NCBI RefSeq assembly: GCF_002087085.1
Contig: NZ_MWQY01000024.1
Span: forward strand, 1-53,847
Reading direction: 5' to 3'
Length of the DNA: 53,847 nucleotides
Every line of letters starts with the position of its first letter. Within the stretch, counting starts at the first letter, position 1. Positions 30,764 to 40,408 of this stretch are shown here, in pieces. Under the pieces are notes generated by a model. The model made no database searches, was not told where the DNA came from, and saw only the letters and a program-made list of their open reading frames with translations. The translations under genes were made by a program, and so were the position numbers.

Positions 30764-31300
30764 CTAAAGGTCAAGAAGCATGTCGGAGTAGTAGCGGCCT
30801 TCGATCCTGTCCCTCCCTATCCCCACGGCATCAAAGACGGCGAGAATCTCCTTTTTTGCCGCTTCGATTCCGGCCAGCTCCAGGGTATCCACGGGAAGTA
30901 CTTTTTCGATTTCAAGAAAGGTGCCCAGACTCTCGACATGGACAAGCTCTATTACAAGATCCTCATGAGAGAACAGGAGTCCACGCTTTTTCTTCTCCAG
31001 AAATTTTCGGCACCCGAAACGCCGCAGCAGTTCGTCAATTACCTCGAACTCCTCCACCACCGTTTCGTGCTCCCGGTTTATTTCCGTGCCGTCCTCGAGA
31101 CTCTTGTCCTTGTAGGTCAGGATCCATTTGGCGCCGCTTTTTCGAAGTCGAAGGGTATTGAGACCGGGAAAGCGGCCGTCGGTTTCGTAGTAGACATCAT
31201 CCTTGCTTACCGGGAGAGCATCTCCGAATTTTTCCCGGAGGCGCTCCTCGATCAGAGGAGGATCATCCACCCAGGCTTTTATCTCGATCTCCATGGACAT
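30764..31300 (-). CDS. cyaB: CYTH-domain protein (class IV adenylate cyclase CyaB-like)
   Basis: MEIEIKA (ExExK), LRLR, TYK, EKKKR, FLEIE, YSDML. Confidence 0.8.
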   Translation of the reverse strand: MSMEIEIKAWVDDPPLIEERLREKFGDALPVSKDDVYYETDGRFPGLNTLRLRKSGAKWILTYKDKSLEDGTEINREHETVVEEFEVIDELLRRFGCRKFLEKKKRGLLFSHEDLVIELVHVESLGTFLEIEKVLPVDTLELAGIEAAKKEILAVFDAVGIGRDRIEGRYYSDMLLDL

Positions 31301-31329
31301 ACAGCACTCTCCTTCCTGCTGCAGGCTTG

Positions 31330-32658
31330 TCAGTCAAGCCAGATCAGGCGGGCCTTCTGCCGGAGGAATTCCCCCAGGGATTCCCGCAGGCGGGGATTAT
31401 CTGAAAAGGCGATCTCCAGTTCCGTTGGAGATGCGGAAGCGGCTATGAAGGCGGGTATGGCACCGTAGATGGCATGCTGCAGGGTAACGATGGAACGCCC
31501 CTGAAGCATCCTGTCGAATTCATACTGCTCCATTCCCGTCACCTTGCGCACATCTTCGGAGCTCAGGTCAGGGTGCTTTCCGGGAATATAGGAGAATATC
31601 CCGGGAGAGAAGAGAAACCTCCTCCGTTCGTCCCTGTAGGCGTTAAAACTTCCTTCCCAGAGTACAGGACTTGGTCGCAGCACCTTTGATGAGCCGATCC
31701 TGGTAAGGATCCCGGACCGATAGACCTCTCCGGCTACGCGGGGTATATCCGGATCCAGCAGAGGAGTGGCCCCGGAAAACACTCCCAGATCACCGATGCG
31801 GACCTCTTCAAGCCTTTCAGATACCGGGGTGCTTCCGCCCTCAGACTGCTTTCCCAGGGGAGTTACCGTCAGCATTCCGGAAAAGCCCTCGCTCTCAGGA
31901 TCAAAACTGAAGGTGAGTTCCAGATCCATTCCGTCGCCGTACGCTCCGTACCCCTCAAAGGGTATCGCATTCATGGGAATCAGCAGCAGACTGCGAAAAC
32001 CCCGCCGGCTCCCCCCGGCAGAACCGAGACGGAGAGCGTCATCGAGAATTGTCCGGGCCGTTGAATCTAGGGCGGAAAGTTCTGTCCGGCTTTCCTTCGG
32101 AAGGTCCGAAAGACTCTTCATACCCCCTTTATAGACCGGTGAATCCCGGGGTATACGGACAAGCAGAGGGTCCTTCACCCAGGATCTGTCCAGCAACAGC
32201 AGTGCCTCCGGAAGAGGGAATCGGGTGTAATCCTCATCGAAAAACTCCTTCCCCCGGCGGCCTTCCAGGAATCCGGCGGGGCGCTGCGCTTCGGTCCGGA
32301 GCAGAATCATATTTATTTGCCTGAGTTTCGAAGAACCGAAGATCTGGACGGGTTCAAGCCGCCGGGGTACTCCGTTGGAAAAGAGAAACCTCTCGGGGAA
32401 TATCGACCAGGGACCCGGACGGTCAAATCGCATCACCACCAGGGAATCCTCCAGCAACCCCGTCTGTCCTGCGTCGGCGAGGGCGGCGGTTTCCAGGGGA
32501 AAATAGATTGTCAGATCCGCAGGATGATCCGCAGGCATATCCACGGCGGCGGCAGGCACATTTGAAACCGGTACATCCGGAGCCCCGGCGCAGGAAAAGA
32601 AGAGAAGCGCCGAGGCAAGAAGCAGCGGAAAAATCAGCCGGGTCTTCTTCCAGATCAT
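31330..32658 (-). CDS. hypothetical lipoprotein
   Basis: MIWKKTRLIFPLLLASALLFFSC lipobox; ATG 1 nt after the gpmI stop; no recognised domain. Confidence 0.7.
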   Translation of the reverse strand: MIWKKTRLIFPLLLASALLFFSCAGAPDVPVSNVPAAAVDMPADHPADLTIYFPLETAALADAGQTGLLEDSLVVMRFDRPGPWSIFPERFLFSNGVPRRLEPVQIFGSSKLRQINMILLRTEAQRPAGFLEGRRGKEFFDEDYTRFPLPEALLLLDRSWVKDPLLVRIPRDSPVYKGGMKSLSDLPKESRTELSALDSTARTILDDALRLGSAGGSRRGFRSLLLIPMNAIPFEGYGAYGDGMDLELTFSFDPESEGFSGMLTVTPLGKQSEGGSTPVSERLEEVRIGDLGVFSGATPLLDPDIPRVAGEVYRSGILTRIGSSKVLRPSPVLWEGSFNAYRDERRRFLFSPGIFSYIPGKHPDLSSEDVRKVTGMEQYEFDRMLQGRSIVTLQHAIYGAIPAFIAASASPTELEIAFSDNPRLRESLGEFLRQKARLIWLD

Positions 32659-32659
32659 G

Positions 32660-34309
32660 TTATTTCCAGTCGAGTACACCGGGATCATAATCCGAGGGCG
32701 GCAGATAACCCAGGAGCTCAATACTCGTGGCCGCCAGGGAACTGATTCCAAGTCCCTCCTTAAGGGTCGGGGAGTACTCACCCTTTCCGTCGAAATCCAC
32801 AATGATGCAGGGAACCGGATTGAGGGAATGAGCGGTTTTCGCCTTGGGCTGACCGTTCTCCTTGATGATGACCTCTCCGGTTTTGCTGTGTTCAAACATA
32901 TCGTCGGAGTTTCCGTGGTCGGCGGTGAGAATAAGAGTGGCCCCGGCCTTTCGGGCGGCTTTCTCAAGACGACCGAGCTGCAGATCCAGGGCTTCCATGG
33001 CGCAGACAACCGCGGGATAGATTCCCGTATGACCCACCATATCCCCGTTGGGATAATTCAGGCGGATAAAGTCGTACTTTCCCTCCTCCAGGGCCTTTAT
33101 AACGGTGTCGGTAATCTCCGCGGCCTTCATCCAGGGCCTGTCTTCAAAGGGAACTATGTCCGAGGGGATCTCTACATAGTCCTCCGTGCCGGGATCGAAT
33201 TTTCCGGTACGGTTTCCATTGAAAAAATAGGTTACATGGCCGAACTTCTGGGTCTCGCTGACGGCAAGCTGCTTTACCCTGGTGGCAGCCAGGAACTCTC
33301 CCAGGGTGCGGTCAATCGAGGGTGGCGGAACCAGGTACTGTCTGGGAACATGCATATCGCCGTCGTACTCCATCATGCCGGCATATTCCACCCCGGGGCG
33401 CCGGACCCTGTCGAACTTGTCAAAGTCGTCTTCCTCAAAAGCGGCGGTAATCTCCAGGGCACGGTCTCCCCGGAAGTTGAAAAAGATGACCGAATCACCG
33501 TCTTCGATACTTCCCAGGGCCTTGCCATTCTCCTCGATAACGAAGGGAGGCAGGTCCTGGTCTATGGCCGAGGTTTCAGCGCGCAGGATCTCCACAGCCT
33601 CATGGGCAGAGGCGAAGCGACGGCCTTCTCCCAGAACATGGGTATGCCAGCCCTTCTCCACCATGCTCCAGTTGGCTCCGTAGCGGTCCATGGTGATCTG
33701 CATTCTTCCGCCTCCGGAGGCGATCCGGTAATCCGCACCCTTCGCATTCAGTCCGGAAAGGAACTCCTCGAAGGGATCGATGTATTCCAGCGCGGAGGTT
33801 TCCCCGACATCCCGACCATCCAGCAGAATATGGACCCTGGCCCGCTTAACCCCCTCATCCAGGGCTCTGGTGAGCATGGCCCGCAGATGGGAAACATTGG
33901 AGTGGACATTGCCGTCGGAAAAAAGCCCCAGAAAATGGAGAGTGGTGTTCTTGTCCCTGACGTTGGAAATCAGTTTTTTCCAGGTGTCGCCCGCAAAGAT
34001 CCTGCCTTCTTCAATGGACTTTCCCACGAGTTTCGCTCCCTGGGCAAAGACCCTGCCGCAGCCGATGGCATTGTGACCGACTTCGCTGTTTCCCATATCC
34101 CCGTCATCGGGGAGTCCCACCGCCGTTCCGTGGGCTTTCAGCTTTGTTGAGGGCCATTCAGCGGTGAGTCTGTCAAGATTCGGGGTCAGGGCTGCTTTTA
34201 CCGCGTCCCCCTCGGTATATTTTCCGTATCCGACACCATCCATTATTACGAGAACAACAGGACCTTTCCGTCCTTTATGTTTCGGGTTCTTCTGTAATGC
34301 TTCTACCAT
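32660..34309 (-). CDS. gpmI: 2,3-bisphosphoglycerate-independent phosphoglycerate mutase
   Basis: MGNSEVGH, SDGNVHS, DGRD, NFRGDR, ETQKFGHVT, DMVGHTG, TADHGN. Confidence 0.96.
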   Translation of the reverse strand: MVEALQKNPKHKGRKGPVVLVIMDGVGYGKYTEGDAVKAALTPNLDRLTAEWPSTKLKAHGTAVGLPDDGDMGNSEVGHNAIGCGRVFAQGAKLVGKSIEEGRIFAGDTWKKLISNVRDKNTTLHFLGLFSDGNVHSNVSHLRAMLTRALDEGVKRARVHILLDGRDVGETSALEYIDPFEEFLSGLNAKGADYRIASGGGRMQITMDRYGANWSMVEKGWHTHVLGEGRRFASAHEAVEILRAETSAIDQDLPPFVIEENGKALGSIEDGDSVIFFNFRGDRALEITAAFEEDDFDKFDRVRRPGVEYAGMMEYDGDMHVPRQYLVPPPSIDRTLGEFLAATRVKQLAVSETQKFGHVTYFFNGNRTGKFDPGTEDYVEIPSDIVPFEDRPWMKAAEITDTVIKALEEGKYDFIRLNYPNGDMVGHTGIYPAVVCAMEALDLQLGRLEKAARKAGATLILTADHGNSDDMFEHSKTGEVIIKENGQPKAKTAHSLNPVPCIIVDFDGKGEYSPTLKEGLGISSLAATSIELLGYLPPSDYDPGVLDWK

Positions 34310-34422
34310 TATTTTGTCCTTATCCTTGATTGGCGGAAAACCGCCTGTACAATTCGTATCGACTCCAAATATATAGAATCCCGGTGCTTAAGAAAAGTCA
34401 AACGGGGATCCCGGTGGGCTCA

Positions 34423-35298
34423 TCAGTCGAAAACAACCGTTTTGTTTCCGAATACCAGAATTTTGTGGTCAAGGTGCAGCCTGACCGCCCGGGAGAGGAC
34501 CATCTTTTCGAGATTTTTTCCCTTCTGCACCAGGTCAGTCACCGTATCACGGTGGGAAATCCTGGTCACATCCTGTTCGATAATCGGCCCCTGGTCCAGA
34601 TCGGCGGTTACATAGTGACTGGTCGCGCCAATGATCTTTACCCCCCGGGAGTATGCCTGATGATAGGGCTTGGCCCCGATAAAGGCGGGAAGAAATGAGT
34701 GATGGATATTGATAATCCGGTTTTTATAGCGTTGAACGAAGGCGTCGCTTAATATCTGCATATATCGGGCAAGAACAATCAGATCGACCTTGTGCTTCTT
34801 GAGGATCTCCCACTGACGGGCCTCATCCTCGGCCTTCTTATCCCTGGAAACAGGAAGGTGATAGTAGGGAACCTTGAAATACTCGGCTATGGACTGACAA
34901 TCCGTATGATTCGAAATAATACAGACCACTTCGGCATCAAGTTCCCCTGAACGCTGCCTGGTCATCAGATCCCAGAGACAGTGGTCGAAGCGAGAAACAA
35001 AAATCGCCATCTTCGTGACCCGTGTGGAAAACTCAAGGTGCCACTCCATTTTAAACTTCTCGGCGATTGCCTCGAAGGCCTGGGCGATTTTGTCCTTTTT
35101 TATGCTGAAATCCTTCAGGTCCCACTCAATGCGCATAAAAAAGGTGCCCGTCTCGTCATCATTGTGCTGATCGGAATGCAGAATGTTTCCATTGTAGGTA
35201 AAGATAAAATGGGTGACTTCCGCGACAATACCTCGGTGATCAGGACAGCTGATAAGAAGGGTCGCGGTATCACCGGAATTCGGTCGGTTGGTTGCCAT
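34423..35298 (-). CDS. purU: formyltetrahydrofolate deformylase
   Basis: ACT domain CPDHRGIV; LARYMQIL, INIHHSFLPAF, DLDQGPII. Confidence 0.96.
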   Translation of the reverse strand: MATNRPNSGDTATLLISCPDHRGIVAEVTHFIFTYNGNILHSDQHNDDETGTFFMRIEWDLKDFSIKKDKIAQAFEAIAEKFKMEWHLEFSTRVTKMAIFVSRFDHCLWDLMTRQRSGELDAEVVCIISNHTDCQSIAEYFKVPYYHLPVSRDKKAEDEARQWEILKKHKVDLIVLARYMQILSDAFVQRYKNRIINIHHSFLPAFIGAKPYHQAYSRGVKIIGATSHYVTADLDQGPIIEQDVTRISHRDTVTDLVQKGKNLEKMVLSRAVRLHLDHKILVFGNKTVVFD

Positions 35299-35412
35299 AT
35301 CCTGTAAGTACTCCTGTGCTGTGAAAACAGTATGATCCGTATTTTATCAGGGCAGCCGGCAAGAGGCAATGGATGCCCCCCGCCGGGAGAAATCACAGCC
35401 TGAAAGGAAGGC

Positions 35413-36696
35413 TTAAAATCCCAGGAGTCTCGGCAGAAACAGACTGAACCAGGGAACGTAGGCTACGATGAAAAGAGCGATAATCTCGACGACAATAAAC
35501 GGAAGGATTGCCCTGCTGAGTTGAGACAGTTTAAGGTCAGCGATGCTGCAGGCCACGAAGAGACAGGCACCAACGGGGGGTGTCATCAGGGCAATGTTCA
35601 GGGACAGGACCATGATAATGCCGAAATGGATCGGTTCTATGCCCATACTTACAGCAATGGGATGCAGGATGGGTCCCAGAATTATCAATGCCGCGGCAAT
35701 ATCCATAAAAAGCCCGACGGCAACCATCAGGCCCAGGATCATCAACAGAATAAGCTTCGGATTATCGGTAACCGAGAGCATCAGGGCGGCGATCTTCTGG
35801 GGCACCTGGGAAAAGGACAACACCCAGCTCAGGATGGATGCGGTCCCGATTATCAGAAAAACCACCCCGGTTATACGGGATGTTTTTATCAGCATTGCAG
35901 GAATATCCTTCAAGGAGAGGCTCTTGAGAACCAGGAAGCCGATTACAGCGGCATAGGCCACGGCTACTGCGGCGGCTTCGGTGGGGGTAAAGATTCCCGA
36001 CAGGATTCCTCCCAGGATTATTACCGGCATAAAGAGGGGAATCAGGGCATTCCGGAATCCAATCAGCATCTCCTTGAGAGAGCTGCGTTTTGACTTCGGG
36101 TATCCCCGTTTTACAGAAAATATCGCCGCGATAATCATCAGCAGACCCGCAAGCAGAATCCCCGGAAGAAAGCCCGCAGCAAACAGGCCCGCTATCGAGA
36201 CATTCATCAGGGAACCATAGATCACCATCATGTTTGAAGGAGGAATCGTCGGGCCGATGATGGAAGACGAGGCGGTAACCGCCGCGGCAAAATCCCGGTC
36301 GTACCCGTCCTTCTCCATGGCCGGAATCAGCATGGTACCGATGGCAGCGGTATCGGATACTGCGGCTCCGGTCATTCCGGCAAAAAAGACGCTGGCAAGA
36401 ATGTTCGCATGGGCCAGGCCTCCCCGGAGATGTCCCACCAGGATATTGGCGAACTGAACCAGCCTCTCGGTTATCCCCGTACGGTTCATGATCTCCCCGG
36501 CGAGGATAAAAAAAGGCATTGCCAGGAGGGTAAACATATCCAGACCTGAGAAATATTGAAGAGGCGCCATGGAGAAGAATGCGAGATCCATGTTAATAAA
36601 ATAGAGCCCCGCAAGTCCGGCCAGACCGATGGTAAAGCCTATGGGAACCCCAAGCACCAGCAGAGTGAAAAACAACACCGATACAGCGATTATCAT
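35413..36696 (-). CDS. dctM: TRAP transporter large permease
   Basis: LLAMPFFILAG, GGLAH, IPPS, FTPTEAA, TPPVG. Confidence 0.95.
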   Translation of the reverse strand: MIIAVSVLFFTLLVLGVPIGFTIGLAGLAGLYFINMDLAFFSMAPLQYFSGLDMFTLLAMPFFILAGEIMNRTGITERLVQFANILVGHLRGGLAHANILASVFFAGMTGAAVSDTAAIGTMLIPAMEKDGYDRDFAAAVTASSSIIGPTIPPSNMMVIYGSLMNVSIAGLFAAGFLPGILLAGLLMIIAAIFSVKRGYPKSKRSSLKEMLIGFRNALIPLFMPVIILGGILSGIFTPTEAAAVAVAYAAVIGFLVLKSLSLKDIPAMLIKTSRITGVVFLIIGTASILSWVLSFSQVPQKIAALMLSVTDNPKLILLMILGLMVAVGLFMDIAAALIILGPILHPIAVSMGIEPIHFGIIMVLSLNIALMTPPVGACLFVACSIADLKLSQLSRAILPFIVVEIIALFIVAYVPWFSLFLPRLLGF

Positions 36697-36708
36697 CCGG
36701 CACTCCTC

Positions 36709-37236
36709 CTAGACATCCACATTCCGCACCCCCCCGGAATCCGGTTCCCGCCCCAGCAGGAGAAGAGCGATCTGTATCAGGTTCTGAACCATGGCAAGGC
36801 CCATGGTTACCGGAATCGCAAGACTGGGGATCACCATACTGATGGGAAGAGACTGGGCTATCTGAAACTTCGCATCCCGGACCATGTTCAGGGAATAGAC
36901 CAGCATGACGGTGAGAAAAAGCAGTATCAGAAGATTGACACCAAGGTTCAGAACTATTTTCGGATATCTTCCCCGTATCCGATCCGGCAGAAAGGTAAGG
37001 CCTATATGTTCACCGTGATATATTCCCACCGAGATTGCCAGAGAAGCGGTCCAGATCATGAGATAACGCGAAAGCTCTTCGGTCCATCCCAGGGGATTCA
37101 GAAAAACATAGCGAAAGATGACCCCGGCCAGTACGGCCAGGGTCATGGTTCCCAACATAAAGGCGCAGGCAAAGCTTGAGATGCGATCAAGAAACTGCGC
37201 GAAGCCCTTTAAGAGCTGTATGCCCTTTTCCCGCAC
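36709..37236 (-). CDS. dctQ: TRAP transporter small permease
   Basis: VIFRY...WTEELSRY...HI; 4 TM segments. Confidence 0.93.
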   Translation of the reverse strand: MREKGIQLLKGFAQFLDRISSFACAFMLGTMTLAVLAGVIFRYVFLNPLGWTEELSRYLMIWTASLAISVGIYHGEHIGLTFLPDRIRGRYPKIVLNLGVNLLILLFLTVMLVYSLNMVRDAKFQIAQSLPISMVIPSLAIPVTMGLAMVQNLIQIALLLLGREPDSGGVRNVDV

Positions 37237-37238
37237 AC

Positions 37239-38273
37239 CTAATCCCTTTCCGCCTCTTCAATGGCCGCGAGGAACTTGTCCACCCACATTGCACCTTCCC
37301 GGCCCAGCTGTTTTTCGATAAAGGCCTTGGCGGAAGGAATGGTCAGATTGCGGAACTCCCTCATCTGGGCCGCCGTCGGGGTATAAACCTCCATGCGACG
37401 CTGCAGAACCGGAAGCCCCTTCTCGGTGGAGTCGATCAGACGGCTTAAACCACGTCCCGCCAGAAGCGCCTCCCGGGAGGCATTGTCTATGACAGCCTTC
37501 AGGTCATCGGGCAGCCGCTGATAGAAGGTGTCGCTCATTACCCACACATAGGGAGCATACAGATGGTTCGTAAGGGTAATGTACTTCTGCACCTCGTAGA
37601 ACTTTGCCATATTAATTATGGAGATGGGATTCATCTGGCCGTCCACAACACCGGTCTGCAGGGATGTATACACCTCCGCCCATGCAATCGCCGTGGGGGT
37701 CCCTCCCAGAGAGCGAACGATATCCTGGTGAAGCGGAACTGTCATCGTCCTGATTTTAAGTCCCCTCATGTCTGCGGGGGTCCGGATCGGCCGCTTTGAG
37801 TTGGTAAAGGCAAAGAACCCGCCGGACTCACCAAAACCCAGCACCTTGAAGCGGGTTTTTTTGCGGATATCTTCGGCCATATCCTTGCCGAAATCGCCGT
37901 CGTAGACCTTGTATCCCACCGCATAGCTTGAGAACGCGAAGGGAAGGTTCGTTACATCGATGAGAGGATAAAAGGTCGACATACCGCCGGTGGAGGCGAT
38001 ATAGCTCTGGACGATGTTGTTCTGAACCTGGATCATCGTCTCACGTTCTTTTCCCAGGACCCCGCTGTCGAATATCTGAACCTCGATTCGGCCGTTGGAG
38101 TTGGCTTCCACAGAGGACTTGAATACCGCTGCAATTGCTGCAGAGGGGATCTCGAAAGGCTGCTGAGCATTCAGGTGAGCGAGCTTAAGTACATATTCCT
38201 GAGCTCCAACACCTGTACCGAGGAGGGAAAAAACAATCAGAAGGGAAAACAGGATTGTTTTGGACCGATTCAT
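37239..38273 (-). CDS. dctP: TRAP transporter substrate-binding protein
   Basis: signal peptide; GLKIRT, EVYTSLQTGVVDGQMNP, YEVQKY. Confidence 0.94.
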   Translation of the reverse strand: MNRSKTILFSLLIVFSLLGTGVGAQEYVLKLAHLNAQQPFEIPSAAIAAVFKSSVEANSNGRIEVQIFDSGVLGKERETMIQVQNNIVQSYIASTGGMSTFYPLIDVTNLPFAFSSYAVGYKVYDGDFGKDMAEDIRKKTRFKVLGFGESGGFFAFTNSKRPIRTPADMRGLKIRTMTVPLHQDIVRSLGGTPTAIAWAEVYTSLQTGVVDGQMNPISIINMAKFYEVQKYITLTNHLYAPYVWVMSDTFYQRLPDDLKAVIDNASREALLAGRGLSRLIDSTEKGLPVLQRRMEVYTPTAAQMREFRNLTIPSAKAFIEKQLGREGAMWVDKFLAAIEEAERD

Positions 38274-38441
38274 ACGTATCTCCTTAGGAATAATCTCCGC
38301 ATCCCGGACTTAACAACCATGGAGAAACACTCGATCAGGACACTGTCTTAATTATGCTAGTATCCCACTGGCTTTGTCCACTTTTTTTACCGTAAATCAC
38401 AACAAGTGTCCAGGAAAGTGTATTTAGACTATACTGTAACC

Positions 38442-39215
38442 ATGAAGCAGAATCCCCGTCCTGTACTCAGCGCTGCACCCCGTTACCTCCCGGGCAGCCG
38501 GAAAAGATCGATCCTTCTTATCCACGGCTGGACAGGATATCCGGGGCAGCTCTACTTTCTCGGCGAAGAGCTGCAGAAAGCGGGATACACGGTCATGATA
38601 CCGCGCCTGCCGGGTCACGGGACAAGTACCGGCGACTTTCTTGCCAGCACAGCCCGGGACTGGATTCGCCGGGCGGAAGACGCATACATGGACCTGAGCA
38701 TTGAATGCGGCAGTCCGGTTGTTGCCGGCATCTCCATGGGTGCGCTGCTTGCTCTTCATCTGGGGGCAGTTTTCCAGCCCTCGGGTGTTATTGCCGCAGC
38801 TCCTGCAATGACCTTTAAAAACCCCGGCGTCTGCCTTTCGCCGCTTTTGAAGTACCTGATAAAAGAGATCCCCGTGGTGTCGGAGAACGAAAGCGACGAC
38901 CCGGAGGAAAACTATATTCGAAAAGAATACTGGTCATCCCGAAGGCTTTCGGCGGTGGCGGAACTGCTCAAGGTGAGGCGACGGGTCAGAAAAGAACTCT
39001 TCCATGTGGATGCACCCCTGCTGCTCCTGGAGGCGGGTCAGGATGAACTTGTCACCCCTGCAGCAGTATCAAGAACAGCCGGAATGGTCTCTTCCAAAGA
39101 CTCAATTACCCGGCTTTTTCCCGGGAGCGGACATCAGCTGTTCAACGGTCAGGAGAAGCAGGCTGTAGCGGAAGAGATTATCGGATGGCTGAAAGCACGA
39201 TTTTCCGGTGAATAA
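38442..39215 (+). CDS. alpha/beta-hydrolase (carboxylesterase/monoacylglycerol lipase-like)
   Basis: IHGWTG, LPGHG, GISMG nucleophile, QDELV, SGH. Confidence 0.9.
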   Translation: MKQNPRPVLSAAPRYLPGSRKRSILLIHGWTGYPGQLYFLGEELQKAGYTVMIPRLPGHGTSTGDFLASTARDWIRRAEDAYMDLSIECGSPVVAGISMGALLALHLGAVFQPSGVIAAAPAMTFKNPGVCLSPLLKYLIKEIPVVSENESDDPEENYIRKEYWSSRRLSAVAELLKVRRRVRKELFHVDAPLLLLEAGQDELVTPAAVSRTAGMVSSKDSITRLFPGSGHQLFNGQEKQAVAEEIIGWLKARFSGE

Positions 39216-39225
39216 TGACCTGGAG

Positions 39226-39531
39226 TTATACGGCCGTATGCTTTTTGTATATACCGATCATTCTGCCAAAGGCGGAATTCTCTTTTTTCAGTTCCTTTGA
39301 GCCCCGGGTAATCTTGCACAGACTCAGGCCGAGTTCCTTTGCTATATTCCTCTGACTCATACCCTGGTCAATGAGTCGGACAAGGGCCCAGCGCTTGGTC
39401 AGCTCGTCAACCTCGTATTTGGTCAGAAGGCTGCGCAGAAACTCTGCGATAAGATCCCGATCATCGGTAGCCGCAATGGCATCCACCAGTTCGTCAAAAG
39501 CCCTTTCCGGGGTAAGGCTGTCTTGTTCCAT
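39226..39531 (-). CDS. TrpR/YerC-like repressor
   Basis: LLTKYE...KRW...MSQRNIAKELGLSLCKITRGSKELK. Confidence 0.88.
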   Translation of the reverse strand: MEQDSLTPERAFDELVDAIAATDDRDLIAEFLRSLLTKYEVDELTKRWALVRLIDQGMSQRNIAKELGLSLCKITRGSKELKKENSAFGRMIGIYKKHTAV

Positions 39532-39585
39532 AGAATCAATATAGTAAAAACAGACACTATTGTGCAACAAGCTGGCCTTTCTGCC

Positions 39586-39614
39586 TTGATTTGACCATTA
39601 AAAGAGGTTAAAAT
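39586..39614 (+). promoter_or_regulatory. sigma70 promoter of the ComFB-family gene
   Basis: TTGATT, 17 bp, TAAAAT. Confidence 0.55.
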
Positions 39615-39654
39615 TTCAGGAAGATTATATTGATTCAGCTCAGAGAGGATATGT

Positions 39655-39930
39655 ATGGCCCTGGAAGAGATCTATGATTTCTCGCAGATTCGAAATCAGG
39701 CGGAAAAGCTGGTTATTGAAGAGATCGAGCGGCAACTGACGGAGGGGGAACTGCAGGACAACGAAGAATTCATTCTTGATGTAGCTACGTTTGCCCTCAA
39801 TCACCTGCGTCCGATTTACAGCTATACCCTTCTGGGGAAACTCTACACCGATAATCTGGAAGAAAGCTACTATCACGAAGTCGAGAAGGCAGTCTCCAAC
39901 GCTATTCTCAAAATCCGCGGAAATCCCTGA
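39655..39930 (+). CDS. ComFB (late competence development) family protein
   Basis: NQAEKLV...DVATFALNHLRPIY...V..AI.KI..NP pattern. Confidence 0.8.
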   Translation: MALEEIYDFSQIRNQAEKLVIEEIERQLTEGELQDNEEFILDVATFALNHLRPIYSYTLLGKLYTDNLEESYYHEVEKAVSNAILKIRGNP

Positions 39931-39939
39931 TACCCGGAA

Positions 39940-40347
39940 TCACCCGTCAATAAAACTCCTGATTCTGCCTTCCAGAGCGGCAAGACCGTTTCTCCGGGAC
40001 GGGGAGATGTGTTCGGCAAAGCCCAGTTCTGAAAAGAGTCCGTCGGAGCTGTCTTCAGGCAGATCAGCCTCCGGAACTCCGTCGTAACGCATAACGAGAA
40101 CAGCCGCAAGTCCTTTGACAATGGCGGAATCGCTTTCGACCAGAAGCCGGAACACCCTGGTATTATCAGTTTCTTCCCAGCGGGGATAAACCCACACCCG
40201 GCTCATACAGCCGCGAACACGATATTCTTCGGTTTTTCTGTTTTCAGGAAAGGCGGGAAGATCCTTTCCAAGATCGATAACATATTCAAAACGCTCTTCC
40301 CAGGAAGAGAGAAGATTCAAATCCTCACGAAGATCACTGATTCTCAC
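39940..40347 (-). CDS. sufE: SufE-family sulfur acceptor
   Basis: WEERFEYVIDLG, VRGCMSRVW, SDSAIVKGL, SPSRRNGL. Confidence 0.92.
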   Translation of the reverse strand: MRISDLREDLNLLSSWEERFEYVIDLGKDLPAFPENRKTEEYRVRGCMSRVWVYPRWEETDNTRVFRLLVESDSAIVKGLAAVLVMRYDGVPEADLPEDSSDGLFSELGFAEHISPSRRNGLAALEGRIRSFIDG

Positions 40348-40408
40348 ACAGATAAACTACGGATAATTTCGTCGGATTACAAGACCGGGCAGGATACTTC
40401 AGAGGATC

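Noticed and set aside
31330..33009. 559-aa version of the lipoprotein ORF, and upstream-extended starts of groES, punA, lysC, cvpA, pstS and the AAA ATPase
   Set aside because: The extensions overlap neighbouring genes or promoters. The internal starts have an RBS, a signal peptide or a family-typical N-terminus.
35299..35412. ZTP or THF riboswitch upstream of purU
   Set aside because: No conserved riboswitch motifs are seen, only a plausible TTGCCT-17-TAAAAT promoter.
38339..38412. GGACAC/TGTCC-like short motifs between dctP and the esterase as an operator
   Set aside because: They are short and inconsistently spaced, and no cognate regulator can be assigned.
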